Origin: Paragordius varius
Lineage: Eukaryota > Animalia > Nematomorpha
Assembly: GCA_964247055.1 (NCBI GenBank)
Contig: OZ176054.1
Span: forward strand, 6,510,001 to 6,574,000
Length of the DNA stretch: 64,000 bases
Direction: 5' to 3'
The stretch's first letter is position 1, and each line of letters begins with the position of its first letter. Both the position numbers and the translations under genes were made by a program. The notes under the pieces are model-generated. The model saw only the letters and a program-made list of their open reading frames with translations, searched no databases and was not told the DNA's origin. Shown here one piece after another: positions 12,831 to 34,500 of this stretch.

Positions 12831-13254
12831 TTACCATTTTAATATCAACGATTTGGCAAAAATAAATCAAATTTTGGTGGAACTAATCTTGAAGTAGAGG
12901 TTTTTGCAATTTTATTTTTTTGTTTTTTAAGAATAATATGCCTAAAAGACCATAGATAAATTTTTAGAAATTCATCACGCTTTCATTTTTGTAGACGCGC
13001 GAAGGTTTCGGGGGCTCTAGCTTTAAGCTGAAAGATTAAAACAAACTACTGTTTTGAAAGTTTTTTTAGTTTAAATAAAACGTTTTATGACAATTAATAT
13101 ACCCCGGGGCCATGGAAAAGTTAAATATCATTTGGCCAAATCCATAAAAATTTAATTTTCGGCGCTTTTTAATTCAAATTTTTCTAAATAGGGAATACAA
13201 CAGGAAAATATATGTGCATTATGGTTATAAATATAATTAATTTCGCGAGCTCTA

Positions 13255-13435
13255 AGAATGCAACGTATTCATTTCAATCATTCGATTCAGATTGGGTTTA
13301 GATCAAGGCTTGTTTTAATTTAAATATTTCAAAAATATGGAATAAATTAAAGCCTGGCAAAGGTTTACATATACATAACATTAATGGACCGAAATATAAT
13401 AAAAAATTGATTCAAAAATATTTCATATTACTTAT
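13255..13435 (-). mobile_element. piggyBac-like MITE, family A, fragment
   Basis: CAACGTATTCATTTCAATCATTCGATTCAGATTGGG...GGCAAAGGTTTACATATAC matches the start of copies 1 and 3. Confidence 0.6.
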
Positions 13436-13515
13436 TAAGGGGTGAACCCGGGAAATTTAACCAAAATGATATGCGTTCATAAGCAAAATATAAAAAAATA
13501 GTGAAATCTTTTTAA

Positions 13516-14089
13516 CACTTCGATTCAAATTGGGGCATCCAAATACCCCAGACTAAACTTAAATTAATATTTTTAAAAAAGTATTGAAGAAAACGGTCCC
13601 AATTTGAATTTATGCTTTTATCCTGATAAAAATTATATAAATATGCCAAAATAGTTTGATAAAATTTTTTTTGAAAAAAGAAGCTCCATCTCAAAATACT
13701 TCGACGCCCTTTCATTTTACAAAACTTTAATATCGTCTTCTTTAATTTTAAGGGTAAAACTAAAGTTAATTTTTTAAATAAATTACATTTAACATTGATA
13801 GAAATAGAAAAGGGGTTTATTTTGTATTATTTTTTAATTTTATAATTTGACACATGTCACGTTGACAGAATTTTTTCCTTTCGGTTTTAGCTTAAAATAA
13901 GTAATATCAAGTATTTTTGAATTAAATTTTTTATATATTTCGGTTTATTTATGTTATATAAGTTCAAAATTTTGTCATGGTTTCGATTCCTTCCATACTT
14001 CTTTAAGTATTTGATTTTAAACAGGTCTGGGGTATCCAACTACCCCAATTCGAATCGAAGAACTGAAATAAGTGTGCTGTATCCAAGTG
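13516..14089 (+). mobile_element. piggyBac-like MITE, family A, best-preserved copy (574 bp)
   Basis: TTAA on both sides (13512-13515 and 14090-14093). 9-bp TIR CACTT(C/G)GAT. A ~33-bp internal inverted repeat is flush with the left end and 29 bp inside the right end. Confidence 0.85.
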
Positions 14090-14169
14090 TTAAACACGAT
14101 TTATTGCAAAATGTTGTAATACGAAAAGGGCGACCAAGTAATTTGATACGGAACCTTTTTCCAAAACTA

Positions 14170-14305
14170 AATTTTGTTTATATATTTTGGTTTATTTATA
14201 TTATCTTTTTGGATAGATCATAAAAAATTGGAACAGTTTCTTTCAGTAGTTTTAAATAAAATATTGTCTTGGGTATTTAGATTCCCCAAGTTAAACCGAA
14301 GTTTA
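14170..14305 (-). mobile_element. piggyBac-like MITE, family A, terminal fragment
   Basis: CTTTCAGTAGTTTT...GGGTATTTAGATTCCCCAAGTTAAACCGAAGTTTAA resembles the end of copy 1. Confidence 0.55.
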
Positions 14306-15109
14306 AAATCGCAGTTAATTAGAAAATTTTGATATTTATCGATTGTTATACAGCCATTCGTTTCAACCATATTGTTGGGTTATTTTCGGAAACCCAGTAA
14401 AAAACTTTAACAACTCATTTTTTAAGTACTCCTGTGACAGAGGGTTTAGTAAAAAATTTTAGCCAAAACAACTTTAAGAGTAGTGTATTTATTACTTTAA
14501 GCTGTGGAATGGAAATTTTTTCATGTCATAGCGTGCTAAATAATGAAAAAATATGAAATATTAATTAGTAAACAAATCTTGAATTGTTCCTAGTTATGTA
14601 CTTCTATATTCCCAAAATCAGATACCATAAAACATGAACCAATCAAACAGCTGATATGAAAATCAATAACTAAAATTTTATGGTCAGGGAATTTGAAAGT
14701 GTTTCAAAGATAATCATATATATTAATAGCTATAATATACATGCCAGTAGTTCAAGATTTAAAGAAATTAGAAAGAAGAACAATTAGATGAGTTATTTTT
14801 ACCATTTCAGATTTTTATATTAATTTATTTGTATCCATCCAAAATAAAGGAATTTTAAATTTGGACCAATGCTAAATATATTTTTTAAAAATTAAACATA
14901 ATATCCTGGGGTATCAAACTATCATAAAAGGTCAGGAGGTATTAGCCCAAAAACATATATTTAAATAAAACAATAAAGCGAATAATTTTTTTTTAAAACT
15001 ATGTTTAAAATTAGAAACACACATAATGTGAAAGTTGATAAAATAGTCTCTACCCTGAATAACACACATTTTTAAAATCGCAGGTGATTATTTTTGTAAC
15101 ATAAAACCC

Positions 15110-23180
<8,071 letters not shown>

Positions 23181-25530
23181 AGCTCTCTTCATATTTATCT
23201 AATCATCATGTATCGGATAAATTTCAAATTTTTTACAATACCACAATTTTTATAGTGTGATTGCAATCGTTTTAATTAGGTTATATATGGATTGACATTT
23301 ATTTTGTATTCCATTACTTTTTTTTATTTCAATATTGGTAATTAACTGTTTGCAAACGCAGAATTTTTTATTTATCTTTTATATTTGATTAAATAAATTT
23401 AAATATGATTATATTTTTGTGTACGGTTTTTTTAACAATGATTTTTATATATAAATTTAAGGGACGGATTCCTTTTAATTATTTGGTATCTAGTTGTCAA
23501 TTGAAGGATAGCCATTAAATGTATATCTAGATATTTTATTTTATGCATTCAGTCAATATTTAAACAAGTTTTTTGAATGCCTAAATAAATATAAGTTAAG
23601 TTTCTATTAAAAAAGTCAAGTTTAATTAAAAGGTTTTTTTTAATAAAAACATAAAACAAAATCAAAGGGGATAGTGTATGTGTATATATAGTTAAAAAAT
23701 TATGATTTATGGAACTAATTTTTTGCATGAAAACACCCAAATTTAATTACATTTCACAAATTATTTCCTGGGTTAATGATTTATAAAAAAACTTTTATTA
23801 GATACTTTTTCACACCAGCCATAATATATTTTAACGAATGCCCATTTTTTCATAAATAACCCAAGGAAGAAAAGTGCGAATATTGATTTTTCGTGATTTA
23901 ATCTGTTTTTTTTACTCACACATTTTCAAAACTCTGTCTGCCATATAATGTTGTGTACTTAATATCTTAAGACTATTTATTTCATTATTATTAGTTTTGA
24001 CTGTGTCTTCACATTAAAGTTAAGTTATTAGAGAATTATTATCAATATTCTCGTGTCATCGCACAGATTTTAAATTAATATTATAGTTTTTTTATCAAAA
24101 TAAAAATGGATTTTATTTGTAATCTTTATTGGACGTTTCTTTTTTTTGCTAATAAAGTTTTTGACACAAAATTTAATTTAAAATTTTATACAAGGGCAAA
24201 AGTCACGAAAATTTTACTTAAAGTATATTGTCTGCAATACATGGTTGTGAACTAAGAATGTTGAATTACGAACTTATAAACCCACTTTATTGTTCACCAA
24301 TTGGTAATACAATAGCGTATGGTATGAAACCTATTTCGTCTATAATTTAATAAAATTTAATGTTGTATAAAATATGTTCAACCATTTGTTGTTTTTTCCA
24401 TACGCTACTGTGGCCAAATGGTCAACATTAAAGTGGATACTATATATATTGTGTTTATAGATTCTTAACAATTAAAAAAATATTCTAAAAATTAAAATAT
24501 ATCATATTGGATATTTCACAAAAAGATAATGTAAATATTCTCTTTAATTAAATTTTAAATTGGACTTTGTCGCTTCTTCGAAAATATAGGTTGTGGACTG
24601 TAAGCTAATTAATATGCGATTAATTGTTCCTCTAATAAAAATCTTTAACACTATCAATAATTAAGTAAACCATGTCGGTCTTTACACATATAACTAAAAT
24701 AATATATATTGAAAATTCAGCACTTTTGGGGTATTCTAAAGCCTAAAAATATTTTTAGCCTTGAGTCAAATATAAAAATTAGCTATGCTTTCTTTTGCCT
24801 TTAAGGCGCATTTTGCAATTTGTTTTAAACATGAAATATATAACGAAAATTCTCATCTCTAATTTTTTCGCCACCATTTTTTTCTTTGGTTTTTATTTTC
24901 GTGAATCTAGGCATATAAATGTATATTTTATGGTGGAAAAATATAATTAATAATCTTTCGAAAACTTTCAAATTACAATTTACCAGTTTTTCAAATTCCA
25001 ATTTACCAGTAATTTTTTATTTTAATATCATATGCTCGTTTCAATCGTGTTTTGTAGCTATGTATTGAAACTCTAAAAGTGAAAGAACTGTAAAAATTTT
25101 AAGTTTTATATCTAATACATGAAAAGAGGATTTTATAATTATTAACCAAAACAACTTTTCAAACAGTAGTTTGATTACTAATTCCTCAAAAAGGACATCC
25201 CTTCACAAATGAAAATGTATTGAAATGTTAATTGTAAATCCTATTTTATTCATTTAATTTTTCTTTGGTTTATGGATAATTTTAGGTTTCGCAGATTGAG
25301 CAAATATATTTTAAGATTATAAATATATTGTAGTGTACTTACTTAATGAAATAATAAATCTCAGAACCGTAAGGCTATACTTTCGAAAGCTTTCCACCAC
25401 TGTTATAAAGACTAATTTTTGATATTATAGCAAGTAAAAAACAAAAATCTCAAATATACTTAAATAAGGGAGTCTTTTATTTTTGTATTTGACATAAAAT
25501 CACATCATACTAAATAACGATTTCATTTAT

Positions 25531-28500
25531 TTAAGTTCGAACATTAAGTTGATCCTTTGTCTGTTCATAGTATTCTTGAGTACTTTGATCATTTGCAGCG
25601 TAATCCGTTTGATTCTCCGAGGCATAACTTTGTGATTGAGTGTTATTATAATCAGCAGGGGCATTGTCATAGGCATAAACGGGATTACTAAAATCTTGAC
25701 CACTGGCAATAGTTGAGGAATTCGTTAAAGATAACTGTTGAAGTTCTTGTCCATTTTGTAATTGCGTTGGAATATTTGCCATATCATTACCGATGGAAGA
25801 AATCCAGGGTGCCCACCACCAATTAGAGCACTGAGACCAGCGCTCGGCATTAACATTGTAATCCAGTTGCCTTTTACGGTACAATAGTATGGCTAACAGT
25901 AGAAAAATAAATTATAATATGGTTAAAAGTAAAATTTCTTCTAAAGGACAACCATACTTTTTAAACCTTGATGATCAAATAAACCTATCGTTTTGCATCG
26001 CAAAATGAGAAATAGTGTAATATTAGTTACATAATCATACATACATTTCATAATATTAATTATAGAGTTTAGGAAAATATCGTAAATTAAAAAATTATGG
26101 TTTTTTTCAATAATTTAACATTGTTGTTTGACTTCACTTTTACTTAAACGATTTAATATCTATTTAAGCAATCAACAAAATGCTTTTATTTAAACCAGGG
26201 GTGTCCAACACGAATGGCTTTGCAGGCCGCATTTTGCATCAAAAAATGTGAAGGGCCCCATTCGCGAAATATATGGACATTTGTTAATAGTTTATTAAAT
26301 TGCAAACATAATGTAAACACCTCTATTAACCTTTTTGATAATTGATTGCCAAAATCTAGATCAACTTATTCAGAAAATTTGTTCAAAAATCAATTTTATT
26401 TATTCATAAAATTTCTCGCGAACTGCATAAATAATTTTAAGGGCCTCATGTTGGACACCCCTGATTCAGAAATAAATGAAATACATAATTTGTAATACCT
26501 TCTTAAAAAAACATAAATGCTTAAGCTTATTCCTATGTGTAAAAATAGATAATTATTGATTAAAAATGCATAATGAAAATATGATTTATTTTTAGAGACT
26601 ATATTTTAAATTATATAATAATTGCCGCATATACAAGGTGTTTGTTTCTTTAAAATCGCAAAAATATTTACATGATCGCTCTATTGATAATATACATATA
26701 TATGTATAAAAAACGGTTTTTATATCCCTCACCTAATGTAGTGCAGACGAAAGCTATGGTACATATAGCTATGAGTAAAATCATATATGCCTGTTTATAT
26801 TCCTTATCACTTTTCGTATTTTGAAGCGCATTTAGTGTTCCTTTGGGATTACCATTGGATACAGTAGTGGTTGTTTTCTCAATCTTTACCTTTCCCACGG
26901 TTTTGAATCGGGTATTAAGGTCAGCCGGTGGTTCGGGAGGGGCGACAAACCTGGAACGATTACGTGGGAACAAATATTTTCCTTTATACACATCAAGGGC
27001 GTAGGAAGAACCACTAGTTCTTGGTTTCAAATCCGCAATCGTTGGTAAAATGATACAATGCCCATTTATGCAATATTTGCCCTTTCCTTTGCCGCATGCC
27101 ACACCATTCGGTAGAGAATGATTATAGTAATCGGATTTATCCGTCTAACAACAACATTGCAGAAGGATAATTGGAAAATAAAATTAATTAACTGGTGTGC
27201 AAAAGTACAAAATATAAATGTGATAATTATAAATTGTTGATTGATTTACATTATTTAATATTTATAGAGAAAAAATAATTTTTTTCTTATAATATTAATT
27301 TTACTAGGGAAATGTTTGCTCACATAACTTAACAATGCTTTTTTACCAAAGTAAAATTCAGAGCTTTAAATTTTTTAGGCCTACCGTGTACCATACCATT
27401 TCATAATCTAAAAATTAATTATTTAACAGAATTATTTCATATTCATACATGTTTGGGGTTTGATCTGAATTTACCTTTTTTGTGCATAAAAAACGACAAT
27501 TATCAGTGAATGAGTATTGCTTGGATTTACAATTATCGATTAACTCCTTTTTGTAATCTTTCTTTTGGGGACACTCTTTGTCCTACATCATCCACAATAA
27601 TTAGATAAAAGCAGTAATAAATAAACATTGTGATATAAAATATAAAAAATTAAAATTATACATAGACAAGACATAAAAAAATAATATATTATAATTTTTT
27701 ATTACCGCAGTACTTTTTAAACTTAATTGATTTTCTTAATGAAAATCATTAGTGCTAAACTGCAAAGGTTTCGTCGTTATAATTTCCATTTTTATTGCAA
27801 ATACAGTCTTCACATATATTATGGCTTATTCATATTATTTGGTCAATTTTACATACAGTAGCGTGTGTCATAAAACAATTGTTGTTCGTAATTAAATAAA
27901 CAACTTAATGGAAGTTGGGAAAAAATTGTTTACAAATTTGTTGTTGTTTTCCATACAATACTGTAGTACTGTCAATCGACCAACTACTATATATAATAAT
28001 TCATTCCTAAAGCAGATATATTACCGGGATACATGTAACAATTTTGATCTCAAAGAAATCTTTTCCACATCCCCGACCCCCGAAATTGGGTAAGGGCATA
28101 CTACACGTCCTAATCCATGTCATATGGGCGGCATCAAAACAGCTGTCACATTCAGAAAATGGTTTCCAATCACTCCAACCTCCATCCGTGATTGGTAACT
28201 TCAATTCCTTGGGACAAGGTTCACAAGTTTCATTGATACAAAAGGAAGGCATAGATGAACCACCACAATAACTTCCCTTAAATAAAGACATATAAAAGAA
28301 CCACTCATCCAAAATAATTATCTTGTCTCAAGGCCGATAAAAATTCTATAGCTATGAAAAAGCCGACTCAAAAAACCCATTATAGAATCCATATTTTTCT
28401 ATAGGATTCTGAAATTTTTAACGCTTAAAATGGTGACTCAAAATTTTGCTATTTCGACATTTAAGCCATAAAAAATTGGAGCCATACTTGAGCCGGCCTT

Positions 28501-31500
28501 CCACGAAATAGCTCTATAAAAGCTCTTGCACATGGCCTTTAAATTATGTCTTTGAAGCTGAATATTTTCCGGTTCTTATATACATATATTTATACATATA
28601 TAAACAATTTCCATAATTTTAATGAAAGATAATGGGATTCGTAAAATTACTCTTTAATCACGTGGAATAGGGCGTAAATATATGGAAAATAATTTCGTCA
28701 ATATTAAGACTTGGATTAAAATATTAATTTAAACTAATTCTGTCATTTCCATAAAGATGAAGTGTGGTCAAATGAAGAGAATGACATTATTTGTATAAAG
28801 TATAGTAAATTTTTCTCCTAAACCAAATTTAATAAAGTTTTTATGTTTTACTTATAACATCCATACCTCTAGTACCCTATCCATGTTGAATGTAGATATC
28901 TCGCCCAGGGAGGACACTCTAAAACATTGAGTACTTTTACAAGGGTCATAACCATTTTTATTGTTGACATAATTATCACTAGGATCAATCAATGCATAGG
29001 AACTTAAACCGTATTGTAGTTGACATTGTTCATGAAGTGTCACATTTATGCCGGATTGATTATAGAGACGGTAATTGTAACGTTGCGCCTTCAAAGCCCA
29101 TTTCCCCATACACCATTGATCGGCCAATTTTTCAGCCAATTGCTTTCTGCTACAAGCCGACCAAATTACGCCACCAGAATATGGCGCCATTATTCCATGC
29201 ACACTGATACATTCGGGAGTTTCATCGTGACTAAGGCCCATCCTGTTTTTTCCATTTGACACACAAAAAATAAATATTTGTGAAAAAAACAACAACTAAT
29301 TTTTCCTACGTTTTTAAATTGATTTAAGGTAATAATTTTTAAATAATTAAATAGCTAGATACACATTAAGATTAAAAAGATTGAAGGTTTGGAATTCGGC
29401 TTAGTATCTATATAAGCACCATTAAAAAAGGGATTGTAAAGTTAATATATGGTATTAGTGTATCAAATTTATTGAATAAACAAACATTTTTTTTATAAAT
29501 ACCGTTTTGTTTTGATTTTTATCAAAAGTGCCAATTAATTTTTAATTTTTTGTAATCTCATATTCTCCTTATAAAATAAATGTAAAATTTTCCATTGTGG
29601 TATAAACTTATGGCTATGCTGCAAGACTCTAGTTTTCCGATAAAATCGTTAGGTAAACCCTGTATTTTTATCACAGAAGCGAGATTTTGGTTTTAATAAA
29701 GTCAAGTACCATAGTTTTTCACGCCATCTCTATTTTTTGTCATTTACCAATACACCTTCGAAATGACCCCAATCATGGGAATAAGATAGGCATTATGTAA
29801 TAACAAATATTTTTAAATCTTTTTTCAAATTTATTTTTTAAATTTTTTTGGCATTATTATATATACTATAAAATTTTAATAATTTGATAATTTATTGTTT
29901 TTGGTTTTCATTATAATGGCAACAAAAAATAATTAAATAATAACACAGCATAATGGCAATGAAATCAGCATATACCGCTAATTATCAAAAATTTGTATAA
30001 CAAAACACTAGTAATAAGCCGTGGCGTTTGTATACTACTTATGCCTAAAATCTGGAGAAAAATTAATAACTAAAAAAAGAATCCTGACCGTTTTTAAAGC
30101 TGGAACGGCAGCATCTGACGGTATTTTAAATACTGTAATTATATTCCACCATACAATGAGATTTTTAGCGCCAAAGTAATTACCTCATGCTGATCTTCAT
30201 GCATGCACTTTTCCAATTTTAAAATCAGGTCCAAGTTTCTTATTACACTCATTATAAATTGATCATATCTTCCCACAGACATACCAGTTTGTGGGTATTT
30301 TGGAGTCCTCATAATGAGCTAATAAAAATCCCTAAATTCTCAAATTTTAGATTATAATTTATAGTATATGGAAAAGCTGAATATTAATCTTTGCAAATCA
30401 AGTTAATTAATTTTAATTTATTTATCTCAAAGTTTCCTGATCCTGACAGGTTTGGAGCTATGCATTTTTTTTCCACAATCGGGGATTGGTTAATATGAGG
30501 GGAATATGCAAAATATATATATAGTAACATTTATGCTAGCCATTTCACATTATTGCTGATGACCAATTGGTAAGACAATAACGTATGAGATATAAAGCAA
30601 ATTTTGTTCATAAAATCAAATGTTATAAGATAGGACGCAAATGTTTTCCACACATTTGTTGCTTTTTACTCATACACTACTGCGCTGCCAAATAGCCAAA
30701 AAATATGTAAATTGAGCAACATTAATGTGCATAATATATCCATCTATCTATATATATATATATATACATGTGTCCAATTTCATGGGCAACTGGTGAATCC
30801 GAAATAAAACCAACACCCCAACCTGCTTCAATGACGGCACATCCTCCCTTACAAATGCTATCTGAGTTGGCGCCACCCGCTAAAGCTGAACCCTCTGGGC
30901 CCCATAAATTGACCCTATTATATAATATTAATCACGATATTTTTTTATGAAATTGTTATAACGAAAAAAATATATTTGGTTTAAACCAGGGCTGATCAAC
31001 ACAAGCGGCTTCGCGTGCCGAATTCTGGATTTTATGTATCTGGCGGACTGAATTCGAAATATATTAGCGATTCCTATATATTGCATTAGATGTCAAACAT
31101 AAGAGTGTAAAGGAATTTATGAACACATATACTAAAATTTATTTGAAAAATTCCGTAAGTTCATGGCCATTTGGAAATACTCTGTTCAAAAAATTTGTTT
31201 ACGATTTTTTACTTATATTTTGTGAATAATATTTTTTATTACCAAATTGTACATTTGGTATTTTTTTATACTTCCCGCGCGCATATTGGACGGCGGTGTG
31301 GCGGACACCCCTGGTTTAAACTGTTTGAATTTTTATATAATGTGTTGTTTTGCTATTTAAATATATCTTTTTTATAATGACACAAACGTAAATTATACCA
31401 TTCTTAGGCAGTATTATTGGTTAATAATTGTAAAAAGTGAAAAGTCTATAAGCCAATAATAGTGCCCTTTGTTGTATTTACTATTTGTCACAAATTAATA

Positions 31501-34500
31501 AATTTTTAGCAATGTATACTTACCCATGCTGTAAATAGGATTTTTTGCGTTAAAGTGGTAAATAATATATATATATATATATAACAAAATTCAAAACGCT
31601 TGAAATTTTTTTACCCAGTAAATAAAACGTTTGCATCCCATGTAGAATTTTCTTTGAATAATTCATACATCAACTTGGTATATTGATAAAACTTATTAAG
31701 GTACTCCCTGGCATTTCCATCCGTTTGCATCATTTCGGGTTGATATGCCAGCAAAAAAATTTGGGTTATTGTTAAATCAATGAATTTTCTAATATAAAAA
31801 AAGAACATTTCGAAAATAACAGGACCAATTTTTTTAAATATCTGTGATCCAACTAAGTTGGAAATATTGTATTACAGTGTGAGTAAGTATACATTCCTAG
31901 AAAGTTATTAATTAATTATAATAGTATATACAACAAAGGGTAGTATTATTGGCTTATAGTTATTTTTTGCTTTTTACTATTATTGGCCAATACTGCCCTG
32001 AATTGTATTTACTATTTGGCAATAATTAATAACTTCCTAGCAATGTATACTTACTCATACTGGAAACTAATTTTTGTTTTCATTTTCTATATAGCATGCA
32101 ATCAATGAGCAGTAAATTAGTTGTTGCCCTATTTTGTGCTTTTTAACAATCTGTTAAAATCTTAATTCTTCCAGGGGCCACATCATATTTAGTCATAGAC
32201 TTATAAACAATAAAACAGTAAAATTCATATTCATAATAACTAGTTTAATTTAATTATACTCACAAAAATTAATTTATTAAATTTGGGTTACTGGCGCCCC
32301 CAAATCTCCCTATTATCAAATAATTTATGACATAAAATGATAATTGAATGTAATTTAAAATCCATGCAAATAAAATCAACCAAATTATAAAAACTATTTA
32401 AGTTTTAAACCATAGGTTAAACCTTCTTTTTGTTAAATATTAATATTTGTGGTTTTTAACAATCACATATGGTGCAAACCACAGAATAATTAATGTCTTA
32501 ACCTTCCGGATTTATTCTCTTCATTGAAAGCTATTTATTAGAAACGCTTTATATGTAATTTTTCATCGACTTTCAAAAAACCATAAAATATTTTTACACT
32601 GGATTACAAATTTTGACCTTTGTGTGCCATTTCCAAAGTTTTAATATTGTTTCATTTAAGCATACAATTATAAATTCAAAAAAATTGTCTATATCTTAAG
32701 AATTTAAGTTTTTTTTATATCTTTGGCCCTGATTTAGCATTAGATTCCAAATTTTCATAATAAAAGTTTCAACTCTTTCCCTAAGCTTCAAACATAGCAT
32801 GTTAATACGTCATCTTAACTAAATCGATGTGAAAGTTATTTGGTTACATGGGGTTAAATACTAAACTTTTAAATAATTTCAAATTTTCCTAGGCCAAGTA
32901 TTTGTAAAAATCTTATAAATTAACTAAATACATTAGGATTGCATTATTAAAATTTGAATATAAATTGTTGAAAAAAACTTTTAAATTTTATCAATAAAAT
33001 TATATTCCCTCACTAATATACTAAACAATTAAAAGTGAAATTTATTCCGTTTATGAAATGTTAAATCCTTAAAACTATAATTTAATTGCAATTTTGAATT
33101 TCGCCATATAAAAAATTAATAATAATAAAAGGTAATTTTTTAAAAATAAAAATAATATTTTTGACTGCTATAAAAAAACTATATAAAACCAATAAATAGG
33201 CGATTTAAACAAAATAACTCTCACGTTAAAAAACATTTTTTGAACAATGTTTCTATTTTTATTCATTAGTTTTGAAAATATATCTATGTACAAAAACTTT
33301 GTTTCATATCTATGATATTAAGCCCGAATAAAAACAGTTTTTAATAATATTTTAATTTTAGATTTACTGTTACTATGATCGCGAATGTCAAAAAATGCAA
33401 GAAACTCGAGTCGCACCAAAATGTGCCTAGTACATTTATCACATTAGTATTCTCTTTGATTAAAAATAATAACTTGGAGTTCCGTTTTTTTTGAAAATTA
33501 TTATTCCAAAATTAACAAAAAAATATAAAAATACCCAAGTGTGGGATGGTGATAAAAGGTATCAATTCGATTCATTAGAATGTAGATGTAGCGAATGGCA
33601 TTTTCCTCATTCCCCAAATTTATGATATCTTTGAAGGCATAAACATCCATATAAATTGCAAGATCGGCCGAATATGTCTTGTACCGAGAAATATTGTTTT
33701 CACTGTCTGATCTTTTAAGTTCATACTTACTATCATCTACATTAAATAAAAATAATTATACATTTAATAAAATTAACAAGGTTGATTTAATAATTAAATA
33801 TTGGCATCAGATGATATGTATAGTACTTAATCCCACAAAAAATAAACTGGTTCATTTGTGTTAAATATGATCACGTATTAAAAGGGTGAAAGGTGTGTAT
33901 ACAGGCCCCAGGTGCCATTTTAGCGGATCTTAAAATGATATTTTTATAATTTAATTTAAGTTTTTGCTTACTCTTTTCATTAATAAAGATGGGGAGTCAT
34001 CAAGGGTTTATTGGGCACAGCAAATATTCGCTTAGTCACTGAAAATAAGTTACTTGATTTAGCGCTTTTTTTCAAAATCCAAATTTTCGTTATAATATTT
34101 ACTATATTACAAAAGAAATTTTAGAGCAATATTTAAACATATCGCCAAAATCAAAAACTCTCCAAATACGCGCACTTTTGATTAAATATATTGGAATAAA
34201 AAAACTATTAGTTATCTTCATATTTTAGATGTGTGATTAGCTAACACCCCACTACTTTGATAGCGAAAAAGCTGAGGGCCTAAGCAGGGTTTTCACATAT
34301 ATGCTGAATTTTGCATTAAAAATTAGTTTTTCTCAAAAGCTAAAATAAATTTTAGATTCAATTTTAGCCCATGTCAAAGCATCACATTACTATTCAAAAA
34401 CGAAAGTTCTCGAGCCAATGCATTGTATTTTTTAAATTTTTTATGGGTGCAAAAATTTGAAGTTTTTTTGACAAATGGTTTTGAATAATAATTTTTAATA

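Noticed and set aside
28331-28540. Possible Kolobok-like MITE (GGCC...GGCC-TTTAA); similar GC-rich patch at 36230-36440
   Set aside because: Ends too degenerate and no second copy in the window to define boundaries.
33560-33720. YSADLAI as a retrotransposon YADD remnant
   Set aside because: It is an in-phase exon of the metalloprotease (start of the catalytic domain after ELKR).
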